Positions 18,993 to 29,620 of a stretch of DNA of 64,000 nucleotides are shown one piece after another (the first letter of the stretch is position 1; each line of letters opens with the position of its first letter). The DNA comes from Elusimicrobiota bacterium. Lineage in GTDB: Bacteria; Elusimicrobiota; Elusimicrobia; UBA1565; UBA9628. The notes beneath the pieces were generated by a model. It had not been told where the DNA came from and ran no database searches. It saw nothing but the letters and a program-made list of their open reading frames with translations. The stretch lies in NCBI GenBank assembly GCA_016209035.1, contig JACQWX010000005.1, positions 6,688 through 70,687 of the forward strand, given 5' to 3'. The translations under genes and the position numbers were made by a program.

Positions 18993-21530
18993 ATGTGCGG
19001 CGTCATCGGGCTGCGGTGCGCTGGTGACCGGGACGACCTAGGCCTGGCGGCCTCGAGGCTGCTGCGGATGCTCGAGTATCGGGGCTACGACTCTACCGGC
19101 GCGGCCATCCAGACGCACGCCGGCGCGGTCACCCTGCTCAAGGACGTGGGCTCGCCCACGGTGGTCACCAAGAAGCTGGGCATCCACGGGCTCTCGGGCA
19201 AGATATTCTGCGGACAAGTGCGCTGGGCGACCTTCGGGATCGTCACCAAGGAGAACGCCCAGCCGCATGAGGTGCGCTGCAAGGCCCACCTCTACGGCGC
19301 CCACAACGGGAACGTCACCAACTGCGACCAGCTCAAGGACTGGCTGACCGGTCAAGGGCACCGGGTCGTCAGCGACAACGACGGCGAGATGCTGGTCCAC
19401 ACCATCGAGCATTTCTTCGCCCAGGAACTGCGCCGGACTTCCCGCAGGGACGAGGCCTTCAGGAAGGCGATCCTCGCCGCCGCCAGGAAGATGGTGGGCT
19501 CCTACGCGGCCGTCGTCGTGGACCCGGTCACGCACCTGGTGGCCGCCATCAAGGCCGGGAGCTCCCTCTACATGGGCGTCGGCCGCGACGCGGCGCACGG
19601 GCCCTTCACCATCGCGTCCTCGGACCTGGCGACCGTCTTGTCGCTCACCAAGATCCTCCTGCCCATCAGCGAGGACGAGTTCACGTTCTACACCCACGAC
19701 CACGCCCGGTTCTTCCATCTGCGCTCCGGCCGGCGGCTGGAGAAAGAGCCCGTGCGCAGCCGCCTCAGGGTGGAGGAGACCGAGCTCAAGGAACCCTTCC
19801 GGTACTTCATGCAGCAGGAGATATTCAGCCAGCCCGCGGCTGTTCGGAAGGTGATCGGCCTCTTCCTGCGGCGCTCTCCTCTCCTGAAGCTCTCGGGGGG
19901 CTTGGCCCGCCGGCATCCCGGCCTCGTCCGGCAGGCGCGCGCGGCCATCGGGCGCCTCTCCGCGCTGACCGACGCCGGGAAGATAGAGAAGGAGTTCGGC
20001 CGCTTCCTGAAGGGCGGTTTGTGCGCGAAGCTCTCGCGGATGACCCGCGGCCTGGGCTCCTGGCCCAGGGGCCGGAGAGCGGGTCCGGAAAGCTTCGAGT
20101 CCTCCACGGGAGGCTTCCTGGAGGAGCTCTCGGCGAAGACCCCGAAGGGCCTGCTCCCGGTCATGCGGCTCCTAGACGGCTGGTGCCTGCTCGACGAGGC
20201 GGACGAGGTCGCGGCCAGGTCCGGCGAGTTCGTGCGGAGGCTGGTCCGGGCCAAGCGAGACGGGCGCTGCGTCTACATGCTGGCCTGCGGCACCTCCTTC
20301 CACGCGGCCAAGGTGGCCTCCGTCTTCTTCAACAAGATCGCGGGCATCCGGGTGACCGCCATGCTGCCCGGCGATTTCAGGGCCGAGAGCGCGGAGTCTT
20401 TGGCCGACGGGGACCTCGTCATCGGCATCAGCCAGAGCGGGGAGACCAAGGACCTCATCGACGTCATCAACCTCATCCGCCGCTCGAGGCGCGAGGTCGG
20501 CGTCGTCACCGTGGTCAACAACGTCAACTCGACGCTGGCGCTGGAGAAGGCCGACCTCTGCCTGCCCCTGTCCTGCGGGCCGGAGATCGCGGTGCCCGCG
20601 ACCAAGAGCTTCATGAACCAGCTCGCGGTGCTCTACGTCTTGGCGCTCAAGGCCGCCGAGAGGACCCGGCCCGGCGGGGAGACCCGCAGGCGGCTCGACA
20701 ACCTCTTGAGGGTGCCGGCCCTGCTGGAGGAGACGGCGGCCTCCACCCGGGACGCGGTCGACCAGGCCGCCCTGGCCCTCTTCATGGAGCCGAGCATCCA
20801 CATCCTGGCCACGGGCATGCAGGGCGTGGCCAAGGAAGGCGCGCTCAAGGTCCGCGAGGTGGTCTTGAACCACACCGAGGGCTACGAGGGCGCGGAGTTC
20901 AAGCACGGCCCCAACACCATCCTCGGGGTCAACACCGTGTTCGGGCTGGAGGCGGTGCGCTCCATCCTGGGCTCCTTCGCGCGGTTCTCTGACGAGCTCG
21001 CCCGCAGGCGGTCGCTCTCGGCCAAGAGCCTGGCGAAGCTCTACAAAGCCGTGGCGGACTACGCCTTCGATGACATCGAGCCCTCGGGCCTCGACCGGGC
21101 GCAGAGCCACGCCTTCCGGCGCGTCTTCGAGAAGCACGACTTCTTCGCGAGCCTCTACACCAACTACCCGCTGGTGTTCGTGACCGGCCCCGCGGAGCGC
21201 GACGTCAACCTCACCATCTCGCAGATCAACACCCACAAGATCCGCGGCGCCGACGTCACCATCATCGCGGAAGACAACGCCGCTCTGCGCGACGCGGTGA
21301 GCCGCCCCCAGCCCACCCGGTTCGACAAGGAGTACCGGTTCGGCTACATCCGACTGCCCCGGACGGACGACGACCTCCTGCCCTTCTTCACCAGCACCAT
21401 CGCGCTCCAACTCCTGGCGCTCCACATGAGCGTGCGCAAGCTCACCCTGCTCGACAAGCTGGAGATCCTCGACCACGGCGTGCACCCGGACTCTCCTAAG
21501 AACGTCAGCAAGTCCATCACGGTGGACTGA
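18993..21530 (+). CDS. glmS: Glutamine-fructose-6-phosphate transaminase, expanded (845 aa)
   Basis: MCG start, LEYRGYDSTG, HNGNVTN, ACGTS, SQSGETKD, FKHGP, C-term KNVSKSITVD. Confidence 0.88.
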   Translation: MCGVIGLRCAGDRDDLGLAASRLLRMLEYRGYDSTGAAIQTHAGAVTLLKDVGSPTVVTKKLGIHGLSGKIFCGQVRWATFGIVTKENAQPHEVRCKAHLYGAHNGNVTNCDQLKDWLTGQGHRVVSDNDGEMLVHTIEHFFAQELRRTSRRDEAFRKAILAAARKMVGSYAAVVVDPVTHLVAAIKAGSSLYMGVGRDAAHGPFTIASSDLATVLSLTKILLPISEDEFTFYTHDHARFFHLRSGRRLEKEPVRSRLRVEETELKEPFRYFMQQEIFSQPAAVRKVIGLFLRRSPLLKLSGGLARRHPGLVRQARAAIGRLSALTDAGKIEKEFGRFLKGGLCAKLSRMTRGLGSWPRGRRAGPESFESSTGGFLEELSAKTPKGLLPVMRLLDGWCLLDEADEVAARSGEFVRRLVRAKRDGRCVYMLACGTSFHAAKVASVFFNKIAGIRVTAMLPGDFRAESAESLADGDLVIGISQSGETKDLIDVINLIRRSRREVGVVTVVNNVNSTLALEKADLCLPLSCGPEIAVPATKSFMNQLAVLYVLALKAAERTRPGGETRRRLDNLLRVPALLEETAASTRDAVDQAALALFMEPSIHILATGMQGVAKEGALKVREVVLNHTEGYEGAEFKHGPNTILGVNTVFGLEAVRSILGSFARFSDELARRRSLSAKSLAKLYKAVADYAFDDIEPSGLDRAQSHAFRRVFEKHDFFASLYTNYPLVFVTGPAERDVNLTISQINTHKIRGADVTIIAEDNAALRDAVSRPQPTRFDKEYRFGYIRLPRTDDDLLPFFTSTIALQLLALHMSVRKLTLLDKLEILDHGVHPDSPKNVSKSITVD

Positions 21531-21595
21531 CGGGTTTCCGGCCGACGAGTCCGAAATGAAAAGGCGGCAGGTCCATGACCGGGCCGTCACATTGT

Positions 21596-22570
21596 TCATG
21601 GGGAGCCGAACACGGGCGGCCGCTCGAGCAGGGAGACCGCTCCGACCTCGGCTTCTCCGACGGTGAAGAGGAACCGCTTGTCCACGATGCCCTGGTCCGC
21701 GAAGATGGCGTAGACGCGGTAGTGCCGCTTGCCGAAGGCCACCGGCACCACGGCCTGCACGTCCTGGATCTCGGTCGGCCCGGTCCAGGCCTTGCCGAAC
21801 CAGTAGTCCTGGAAGGAGGCTCGGCCGGCCTCGCGTAGCACCGTGACGTCGCGGGTGTAGAACGCTCCCCTGAGGCCGGACGCGAGAAGGACCGCGGACC
21901 ACGCCATGAGCATGATCCACAAGCCCAGCCGGCCGAATCCTCTGACCGCGGCGCCCGCCCAGGCCGCGACCCCCGGCGCGGACGGTCTCCTTTCGCCCGG
22001 TGCCAGCGCGCCCAAGGAAGGCGCGCAGGCGCCCGGCGAGCGGGCGAGCTCCCTGCGCGTCTCGGAGCTGGAGTCGACCGCGAAATGGAAGGAGATGAGG
22101 AACGCCAGCAGCCCGGCCACGGCCGCCACGGGCATGACGAACCAGCGCTCCCAGGGTTTCTTCTCCATGTGGATGAGGACGGAGTCCTTCAAGACCCGCA
22201 GGGTCGTCTTCACCTTGGTGGTGGCCAGGACATGGACGCCGGGAGCCGCTGGGAAGCCGGGCAGGGTCAGGCGTGCCTCAGTGACCGAGCCCGTCCGGAC
22301 GAACCTCATCGGGACTCGGAGGTGGTTGCCGGGGTCGTCGCATTGGAAGACCCAGGCGCCGGCCCCGCTCAGGATCCGGTAGGGCCTTCCGCCGGCGGGG
22401 CACAGGGAGCCGCCGCCCCGCAGGCCCGACGCCGCGGCGGCCAGGTTGGTCAGGCACCGCAGGTTGGCGCCGGACCGGTAGAGGTCGCGCAATTCCAAGG
22501 CCTTCGAAAGGACGGGCCACGCGACGAGCGCGATCAGCCAGATCGTGACCGCGTCCCGCAAGGCCCTCAT
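21596..22570 (-). CDS. Hypothetical membrane protein
   Basis: C-terminal part of long ORF from ATG 22570, overlapping upstream stop; TM segments. Confidence 0.55.
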   Translation of the reverse strand: MRALRDAVTIWLIALVAWPVLSKALELRDLYRSGANLRCLTNLAAAASGLRGGGSLCPAGGRPYRILSGAGAWVFQCDDPGNHLRVPMRFVRTGSVTEARLTLPGFPAAPGVHVLATTKVKTTLRVLKDSVLIHMEKKPWERWFVMPVAAVAGLLAFLISFHFAVDSSSETRRELARSPGACAPSLGALAPGERRPSAPGVAAWAGAAVRGFGRLGLWIMLMAWSAVLLASGLRGAFYTRDVTVLREAGRASFQDYWFGKAWTGPTEIQDVQAVVPVAFGKRHYRVYAIFADQGIVDKRFLFTVGEAEVGAVSLLERPPVFGSP

Positions 22571-24954
22571 GTCGAGGCGCCGCGCAAGGCCCTGCTGGCC
22601 GCCGCCGCGGCCAGCAGGCAGAAGACGGCCAGCGACGCGATGGAGGTCCACGCCCCGACGGCGAAAGCGGTCGGCCGGTACTCGAGCTTCAGCACGTGCC
22701 GTCCTGCTTCGAGCGGCACGGCCATCAGGGTATGGTTCGCCGGCAGTATCTGGAAGCTCCTCTGGCTGGACTCGACGGGGTGGAGCTTCCAGCCCCGGCT
22801 GAAATTGTCCGTGACCAGCAGGATGGAAGGTTCTTTGAGGACCACCTCCATCTCGGCGCCATCGGTAGAGGAACGCAGGAGGCGGACGTCGCCCTGGATG
22901 CCGGAGCGTCCCTTGCGGGGACGGGCCGGAACGGGCCTCGGTTCCGTTTCCAAGATGACCTTCTTCCTCGGGTCGAAGCCCGGCCGCAGGAGGACCGCGA
23001 GCCTTTCCTCCTTCCCCGGGATGACCTGGTAGTCCTGGAGCAGGTTGAGGCGCGGCATGTCGCCAGCTGCCCGCTGAGGAGGACGCCGAGGATCCTTCAG
23101 GACGTATCTGAGCCGCAGCATGGAGAAGACCTTGGGAAGAACGTTCACGGGCGGATACCGTTCGACCCGGCCGGCATCGGCGCCTTGCGAGGCGGCGATG
23201 AACTCGGCGTAGCGCTTGAGGCTCAGCTGAGAGTAGCCCATGAGATCGTAGAGTCCGAGGCGCATCGCGACGTTGGGATGGACGCTCCAATCGTGCAGGA
23301 CGCGGTAGTCCCCGGGGTCGGCCCGCAGTACCGCGCGCCAGCGCTCGGGGTACTGCGCCCCGGTCGACATGAGCCCTCGGGCGAGCCGGGAGAAGGCGCC
23401 CAGTTCCAGGACGGCCAGGAGCGCCAAGCCGTAGACGGCCATGGGGCGCGCGGCGGCGCCAAGACGGGGCCTGGACGCTGCGCCGGGCGCCCAAGCATGT
23501 CCTGATGGCGCCCGGCACGGCGGGCCATCCGGCCTGGACGCCGCGCTTGCCGCGAACAGCAGGGCCGCGACGGCGGCCATGACCCATGCCGCGTTGAAGA
23601 GCTCCTTGGCCGCGAAGGAGCCGGAGAGCTCGGCGAACTTGGGTCCGCTCGGCGTCCCCGCGGGGGCGAAGGTTTCCTGGGCACTCTCGATGTGCCGAAG
23701 CCACTCGCCCCAGCGGCCCTTGTCCTTGAGGCGGGCCGACGAGGACAGCCCGGCGGCTGAGACCATCATGGCGGCGGCGAGCACGAGGGCTGCCAGGGAG
23801 AGGTTCCGCGGCACGGCGCCCTGCTTGAGCCGGTCGAGGCCGGCGCCCGCGAGGGCCGAGAGGAAAAGGCAGGCGAGGAAGCCGAACTTGGCCGTCCCGC
23901 GGAAGAGGTCGTAGCCCGGGAGGGTGTGGTAGAGTGCCTTGTAGAGGGGCAGCCTCGCTCCCAAGGCGAGGATGAGCATGACGGCCGCCATGGCGGCGGG
24001 CATCCGCCAAGGCCGTTTGTCGCGGGCGAGGAGCGCGCTCGCCGCCAAGACGCAGCCCGCGAGGCTCACGAAGAGGGAGCCTTCCCAGATGTAGCAGCGG
24101 CCGAAGTAATGGAACCGATGGATGTCTCCCAGGAACCAGGGGACCGCGAGCGTGACGAGGTTCTCGGGAGGCAGCGAGAAGCTGGAGGCGAACGCGAAAG
24201 GAAGGCCGCCCGCCCTCACGGATTCGCGGGCGGCGTCGACGCCTGCCAGGAGCTGGACGGCTGTCAGGGCTGCTCCGCAAAAATACATGGTCGTCGTTCC
24301 GATCAGCGGAGCAGCCCTTCTCTCCGCCGTCGCCGTCCCCGCCGCCACGAGGAACGCCGCCATCGCCGTGTAATACACGTATTGCGGGTTGCCCGCGAGG
24401 ACCTGCATCGCGACCGCCGTCGCGCCGAAGAGCAGCCACCCGACCTTGCCGCGGCGGGAATGGCCCTCCAGGGCCAGGAGGATCCCCGGCGCCCAGGTCA
24501 TGGCGGCCAAAGGGGGCAGATGGCCGGCGTAGGCGTGGAGGAGCACGGGCCCTGAGAGCATGAACATGAGGCCCGCCAGCGTGGACGCGGCGGGACTCAA
24601 GTCCCGCATCCTGCACCAGGCATAGGTCAGGAGGCCCGCCAGGAAGACGTGGAAGGCGATGGTGAAGTTGAGGGCCGAATGAAGAGGGAAGACCAGGTGG
24701 ACCCAGTTGGGCGGGTAGAGCAGGGCGGATTCGAAGGCCCCGAAGAACGGCGCTCCCCCGAACACATGAGGGTTCCAGAGAGCGAGGTTCCCCCGGCCGA
24801 GTTCCCGGAAACCGAATTCCCGCCACGGCAGGAACTGGGAGGCGAGGTCGTTTGGGGCTCCGGACAAGACGAAGCCTGGGCCCGAGAACAGGGCCGGACC
24901 GCAATGGAGGACCGCGGCCGCGAGCAGGACCAGCGCGGGCGCGGTCCTCCTCAT
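22567..24954 (-). CDS. YfhO-family membrane (GT-C-like) protein
   Basis: LWNPHVFGGAPF..LLYPPN; many TMs; C-term ANHTLMAVPLEAGRHVLKLEYRP. Confidence 0.8.
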   Translation of the reverse strand: MRRTAPALVLLAAAVLHCGPALFSGPGFVLSGAPNDLASQFLPWREFGFRELGRGNLALWNPHVFGGAPFFGAFESALLYPPNWVHLVFPLHSALNFTIAFHVFLAGLLTYAWCRMRDLSPAASTLAGLMFMLSGPVLLHAYAGHLPPLAAMTWAPGILLALEGHSRRGKVGWLLFGATAVAMQVLAGNPQYVYYTAMAAFLVAAGTATAERRAAPLIGTTTMYFCGAALTAVQLLAGVDAARESVRAGGLPFAFASSFSLPPENLVTLAVPWFLGDIHRFHYFGRCYIWEGSLFVSLAGCVLAASALLARDKRPWRMPAAMAAVMLILALGARLPLYKALYHTLPGYDLFRGTAKFGFLACLFLSALAGAGLDRLKQGAVPRNLSLAALVLAAAMMVSAAGLSSSARLKDKGRWGEWLRHIESAQETFAPAGTPSGPKFAELSGSFAAKELFNAAWVMAAVAALLFAASAASRPDGPPCRAPSGHAWAPGAASRPRLGAAARPMAVYGLALLAVLELGAFSRLARGLMSTGAQYPERWRAVLRADPGDYRVLHDWSVHPNVAMRLGLYDLMGYSQLSLKRYAEFIAASQGADAGRVERYPPVNVLPKVFSMLRLRYVLKDPRRPPQRAAGDMPRLNLLQDYQVIPGKEERLAVLLRPGFDPRKKVILETEPRPVPARPRKGRSGIQGDVRLLRSSTDGAEMEVVLKEPSILLVTDNFSRGWKLHPVESSQRSFQILPANHTLMAVPLEAGRHVLKLEYRPTAFAVGAWTSIASLAVFCLLAAAAASRALRGAST

Positions 24955-25301
24955 CTTCCGGAAGGCATGTACCGGATGTCGTCGACTTCGTAGACGGAGA
25001 GCCGCATCCTCTTGGAGGCTCTCTTCAGGATGCCTTTGAGCTCGGCGATTGACAGCCTCCCGTTGGCCTTGACCGTGATGACCACGGTCTGCTGCTCGAA
25101 ATCGGCCTCTGCCTTCGTGATCATGGGGTGGCGGGAGAACTCGGCCTGGATGGCCCTGCCGCAGGCATGGGTGAGCATCCCCTTGATCTTGATGAGATAG
25201 GGCCCGGGGGTCAGGTCCTTGTAGAGCTCCTTGGGCAGCGGGGCTCCAAGGGCGCCGGTCGTCGACAGAAGGCATGCGAGGAGGGCCGATCTCTTTAGCA
25301 T
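24951..25301 (-). CDS. Secreted HMA-like domain protein
   Basis: Signal peptide; IKGMLTHACGRAI (degenerate GMxCxxC). Confidence 0.6.
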   Translation of the reverse strand: MLKRSALLACLLSTTGALGAPLPKELYKDLTPGPYLIKIKGMLTHACGRAIQAEFSRHPMITKAEADFEQQTVVITVKANGRLSIAELKGILKRASKRMRLSVYEVDDIRYMPSGR

Positions 25302-25411
25302 GGCGAGATTATATCACAGAGATGCCAGGCATTGACTTCTTTGACTTCTCCGGCCTCACTTTCTGGAAAGTGTTGACAGAACGAGATTCTTCCGATAAAC
25401 TACTTCCTCAC

Positions 25412-28400
25412 ATGGGCAAGAAAGGTTGGGTGATGGACTTGGTCATCGGGCTCCTCCTGAGCCTTTTCGTGGCGGCCTGCTACCTGCTTCCTCCGGTCCT
25501 GCCGTTCATCGAAGCGCTCGAGCTCAAGTCGTTCGACATGCGCTCCACCTGGAGGCAGACCGCGGAACCTTCCCGCGAGATCGTCCTGGTGTCCATCGAC
25601 GATTCCGCGTTGGCGCAGGTCGGGCGCTGGCCCTGGCCCAGGTGGCGCATCGCGGCCCTGGTGGACAAGCTCTCCGGGGCGGGCTCCAAGGTCATCGGCC
25701 TCAACATCCTGCTCTCCGAGGAGGAGCAGAACGAGGGTTTGAAGGAGATCCAGAGGCTCCAGTCCCAGTACGAGGCGTTCGTCGCGTCCCGCAACATCGT
25801 CGAGAGGGGGGTCGCCTTCAGCGCGGAGTTCTCGTCCGCCGCGGTCCGGCTCGACACGGACTCTCGCCTGCTGGCCTCCATCCAAGGGGCAGGGAACGTG
25901 GTCCTGCCCATGTTCTTCGATCTTGGCGGGCTGGCCAAGCCCGAGCCGCTGCCGGCCGCGGTCTCGAGCTCGGTGGTGACCTACGCGGTGGTGCAGGGCT
26001 CCCAGGAATCCGAGATTCCGGACGGGAGCAAGGCCACCTACCCCATCGTCAGGCTCGCCGAGGCCGCGGCGGGCGTGGGGCACGTGAACGTCTACAGCGA
26101 CATCGACGGCTCGGTCCGGCGCGAGATCCCGGTCGTCAAGTACGGCGAGAGCTACTACCCGTCCTACGCCCTGAGGCTGATCATGGCCTACATGGGGCTG
26201 CCCACGACGGACGCGGTCTTCACCCCCGGGGTGAGGCTGCAGGCGGGCAAACTCGAGGTCCCGCTCGACTCGTCCAACGGGATGCTCGTCTCGTTCGTGG
26301 GCCCGGTGGGGACCTTCCAGTCCTACTCCTATCGGGAGGTGATGAAGGAGGATTTTCCGACGGACACCTTCAAGGGGAAGATCGTCATCGTCGGCCTCAC
26401 CGCCGCCGGGGTGGGGACCCTCTACGTCACGCCCGCGGCCCCTGCCCTCCCTTCCATCGAGCTGACCGCCAACGTCATCGAGAACATCCTCAACCGCAGG
26501 TTCCTGACCAGGCCGCCGTGGGCCGCGCGGGCCGAGCTCGGGCTCCTGGGGCTCGTCGCCCTGTTCCTGATGGTCGTCTACCCGAGGCTCAAGGCCTTGT
26601 GGGGCAACCTCCTGGCCCTCGTGCTCCTGATCTGCATCCCGACCGGCGGCTTCTTCCTCTTCCAGCAGGGCCTCTGGCTCAAGGTCACCTACCCGGTGAC
26701 GCTCCTGTTCTGCGGGTGTCTGGTCAGCCTCGCGCGCAGGCTCATCGGAACCGAGAAGGGCAAGGAGCTCGTGGAGGCCTCGGCCATCGAGCAGGCCCGG
26801 ATGCTGGGACTCTCCTTCCAGGGGCAGGGCATGCTTGACATGGCCTTCGACAAGTTCCGCCAGTGTCCCGTCGACGACAACCTCAAGGACGCCCTCTACA
26901 ACCTGGCCCTGGACTTCGAGCGCAAGCGCCAGTACGCCAAGGCCGTCTCGGTGATGGAGCACATCGCGGTCACGGACCCCGCGTACAAGGACATTCCGGA
27001 GAAGATGAAGCTCCTTAAGGCGGCCAGCGAAGGCGCGGTCTTCGGCGGCGTGGGCCAGTCGAAGAAGGAGGGCACGGTCCTCATCACCGGCGGGGCGACC
27101 AAGCCCACCCTGGGCCGCTACGAGATCGAGAAGGAGCTCGGGCGCGGCGCCATGGGCGTCGTCTACCTCGGCCGCGACCCCAAGATCAACCGCATGGTCG
27201 CCATCAAGACCATGATGATGGAGGAGGGCACCGACGCCGCGGCCGCCAAGGAGATCAAGGAGCGCTTCTTCCGCGAGGCCGAGTCCGCGGGCACCCTCAA
27301 CCACCCCAACATCATCCGCATCTTCGACGCGGGCGAGGAATCCGACGTATGCTACATCGCGATGGAGCTCCTCGAGGGCAACGACCTGACGCAGTTCACG
27401 GCCAAGGACAAGCTCCTGCCGCCCGTCCAGACCATGGAGTACGTCGCCCTGGTGGCGGACGCCCTGGACTTCGCCCATGCCCAGGGCATCGTGCACCGCG
27501 ACATCAAGCCGGCCAACATCATGCTGCTCAAGGACGGCACCATCCGCGTGGCGGATTTCGGCATCGCGCGCATCACCGCCTCCTCCAAGACCGCGACCGG
27601 CACGATCATGGGCACCCCGTCCTACATGAGCCCGGAGCAGGTGGCGGGCAAGAAGGTGGACGGCCGGTCCGACCTGTTCTCGCTCACCGTCGCGCTCTAT
27701 GAGTTCCTGACCGGCGAGAAGCCTTTCAAGGGCGGCGAGGGGATCGGCACGCTCCTCTTCCAGATCGCCAACGACCCCCATCCCGACCCCGTGACCATCA
27801 GGGGTGACCTGCCTCCCGGCATCAAGCCGATCATCGACAAGGGGCTGGCCAAGAACCCGGATCAGCGCTATGCCCGGGGTTCCCTCATGGCCGCGGATTT
27901 GCGCGCGCTGATCGCGGCGATCAAGTCAGGAAAGCCGACCGGGCCCGCTGACCCGGCCTCCGGCCGGGCGCCCCCGGCCCCCGCGGTCCAGGCTCCGCAG
28001 GCAGTGCCGCCGCTCCCTCCGCCCGAGGCCCCGCTGACGCAGGTCGTGGAGACGCCGCCGTCAGCCCCGATCAAGATTCCCGCGTTCGTGGGCGAGGACT
28101 CGTCTTCCGGATTGGCGCATCTTCTTGCGGCCGCGTCGGCCGCGCCGGCTCGGTCGCCCAGCGAGGTGACGGATCCGGGCATTCCCCTGGCTCCTGCCCG
28201 AGAAAGGAAGGCTGCGGAAATCCCGTCTCTAGAGCCCCCTGTCGAGGCGGCTCCGACGCCTGAGCCGGTGGTGGAAGCTCCGGCGCCCGAGCCCGCGCTT
28301 GAGCCTGCTCCCGCGGTCGAGCCGGCCCCGGAGCCCGGTGCCCCGGCGTATTCGGCCGCGGAAGAGGAGACCATCGTGATGGCGCCCGGCAGCATCCCGG

Positions 28401-28792
28401 TGATCTCGCCGGAGCTGATGAACGCGCCTGCGCCTGAGCCCGCCCCGGCGGTCGAGCCGGCCCCGGAGGCGCCCCCGACGGTCGAGATGCCCCCGGTCTG
28501 CGAGCCTGCGGGTGAAGGCGAATTCAAGATCGCGTTGGAGCCCCGTGCGACTCTCAAGCCGGCTTCGAAGCCGGAAACAGCCCCCACCGCCCTGCCGGGG
28601 CCGGTGCCTCCTCCGCCTTCTGCCGGTGAGCAGCCGTCGTCTGATTCGGAGTTCAAGATCGTGCTGGAGCCGCGGGCGACCATCAAGTCCGAGCCCGAAG
28701 CGGGCCCGCCGGCGCCGTCCTCGGACAAGACCGTCGTGCTTCCGCCGGGGTGGAAGCCGCCCGGGACGCCCGCGGAGGAGAAACCGGCATGA
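25412..28792 (+). CDS. CHASE2 sensor - TM - Hanks-type Ser/Thr kinase with Pro-rich tail
   Basis: IDD..VGRWPWPR, DGSVRR; GRGAMGVVY, VAIK, HRDIKPANI, DFGIA, GTPSYMSPEQ. Confidence 0.93.
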   Translation: MGKKGWVMDLVIGLLLSLFVAACYLLPPVLPFIEALELKSFDMRSTWRQTAEPSREIVLVSIDDSALAQVGRWPWPRWRIAALVDKLSGAGSKVIGLNILLSEEEQNEGLKEIQRLQSQYEAFVASRNIVERGVAFSAEFSSAAVRLDTDSRLLASIQGAGNVVLPMFFDLGGLAKPEPLPAAVSSSVVTYAVVQGSQESEIPDGSKATYPIVRLAEAAAGVGHVNVYSDIDGSVRREIPVVKYGESYYPSYALRLIMAYMGLPTTDAVFTPGVRLQAGKLEVPLDSSNGMLVSFVGPVGTFQSYSYREVMKEDFPTDTFKGKIVIVGLTAAGVGTLYVTPAAPALPSIELTANVIENILNRRFLTRPPWAARAELGLLGLVALFLMVVYPRLKALWGNLLALVLLICIPTGGFFLFQQGLWLKVTYPVTLLFCGCLVSLARRLIGTEKGKELVEASAIEQARMLGLSFQGQGMLDMAFDKFRQCPVDDNLKDALYNLALDFERKRQYAKAVSVMEHIAVTDPAYKDIPEKMKLLKAASEGAVFGGVGQSKKEGTVLITGGATKPTLGRYEIEKELGRGAMGVVYLGRDPKINRMVAIKTMMMEEGTDAAAAKEIKERFFREAESAGTLNHPNIIRIFDAGEESDVCYIAMELLEGNDLTQFTAKDKLLPPVQTMEYVALVADALDFAHAQGIVHRDIKPANIMLLKDGTIRVADFGIARITASSKTATGTIMGTPSYMSPEQVAGKKVDGRSDLFSLTVALYEFLTGEKPFKGGEGIGTLLFQIANDPHPDPVTIRGDLPPGIKPIIDKGLAKNPDQRYARGSLMAADLRALIAAIKSGKPTGPADPASGRAPPAPAVQAPQAVPPLPPPEAPLTQVVETPPSAPIKIPAFVGEDSSSGLAHLLAAASAAPARSPSEVTDPGIPLAPARERKAAEIPSLEPPVEAAPTPEPVVEAPAPEPALEPAPAVEPAPEPGAPAYSAAEEETIVMAPGSIPVISPELMNAPAPEPAPAVEPAPEAPPTVEMPPVCEPAGEGEFKIALEPRATLKPASKPETAPTALPGPVPPPPSAGEQPSSDSEFKIVLEPRATIKSEPEAGPPAPSSDKTVVLPPGWKPPGTPAEEKPA

Positions 28793-29616
28793 CGAAGTCT
28801 TCCCTCGAGACCTGGGGGCGGACGGACCGCGGGTGCGTGCGCGAGGTGAACGAGGACAACCTCATCATCGATGACGACATCGGCCTGCTGGCGGTGGCCG
28901 ATGGGATGGGCGGGCACAACGCCGGTGAGGTGGCCAGCTCCATCGCGGTCTCCCAGATCCGCGACCTCGCCCGGAGGGCTCTCGGCGGGACCCAGGACAT
29001 CGTCCCGGAGGGCCCCAACCCGAACCTTTCTCGGCGCGGGCGGCAGCTCGAATGGTTTGTCAAGAACGCGAACACCATCATCTTCAAGAAGGGGCGCGAG
29101 GCGGCGAAGCAGTACGGGATGGGCACGACCGTCGTGGCCGTCCTCGCCGACGGGCGCTCGCTCACCGTCGCCCATGTCGGCGACAGCCGTCTCTACCTCT
29201 TCAGGAAGGGCGCGCTAACCCAGCTCACGGAGGACCATTCCCTGGTCAGCGACCAGGTGCGCAAAGGGCTCCTGACCGCGGACGAGGCGTCGCGCTCGAC
29301 CTTGCAGAACATCCTCACCCGGGCGCTGGGGACCGAGGAGGACGTCCAGGTGGACGTCGCGGACCATCCCCTGCTGGAGGGGGACGTCCTTCTGCTCGCC
29401 TCGGACGGGCTGACCAAGGAAGTGACGGAGGAGCAGATCAGGCGCACGATCGAGAAAAACCCCTCGCCGAACGCCTTCGTGGACCGGCTGGTGGACATGG
29501 CCCGCGACCACGGCGGGCACGACAACATCACGGTGGTCGCGTGCCGCGTGCCTTCGCCGGGCTGGCGGCAGGTGATCGAGGGTCTCAAGAAGATGGTGTT
29601 GGGGAGAGGTGCTTGA
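28789..29616 (+). CDS. PP2C/Stp1-family Ser/Thr phosphatase
   Basis: REVNED, VADGMGGHNAGEVAS, HVGDSR, SDGL, DNIT. Confidence 0.93.
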   Translation: MTKSSLETWGRTDRGCVREVNEDNLIIDDDIGLLAVADGMGGHNAGEVASSIAVSQIRDLARRALGGTQDIVPEGPNPNLSRRGRQLEWFVKNANTIIFKKGREAAKQYGMGTTVVAVLADGRSLTVAHVGDSRLYLFRKGALTQLTEDHSLVSDQVRKGLLTADEASRSTLQNILTRALGTEEDVQVDVADHPLLEGDVLLLASDGLTKEVTEEQIRRTIEKNPSPNAFVDRLVDMARDHGGHDNITVVACRVPSPGWRQVIEGLKKMVLGRGA

Positions 29617-29620
29617 TCCC

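Noticed and set aside
21596..25275. 1102-aa and 902-aa ORFs as listed
   Set aside because: N-terminal extensions overlap neighbouring genes; true starts are more likely 22570 and 24954.
28250..28700. Repeated DNA units resembling an array
   Set aside because: They are coding Pro/Ala/Glu repeats within the kinase tail, not CRISPR repeat-spacer units.
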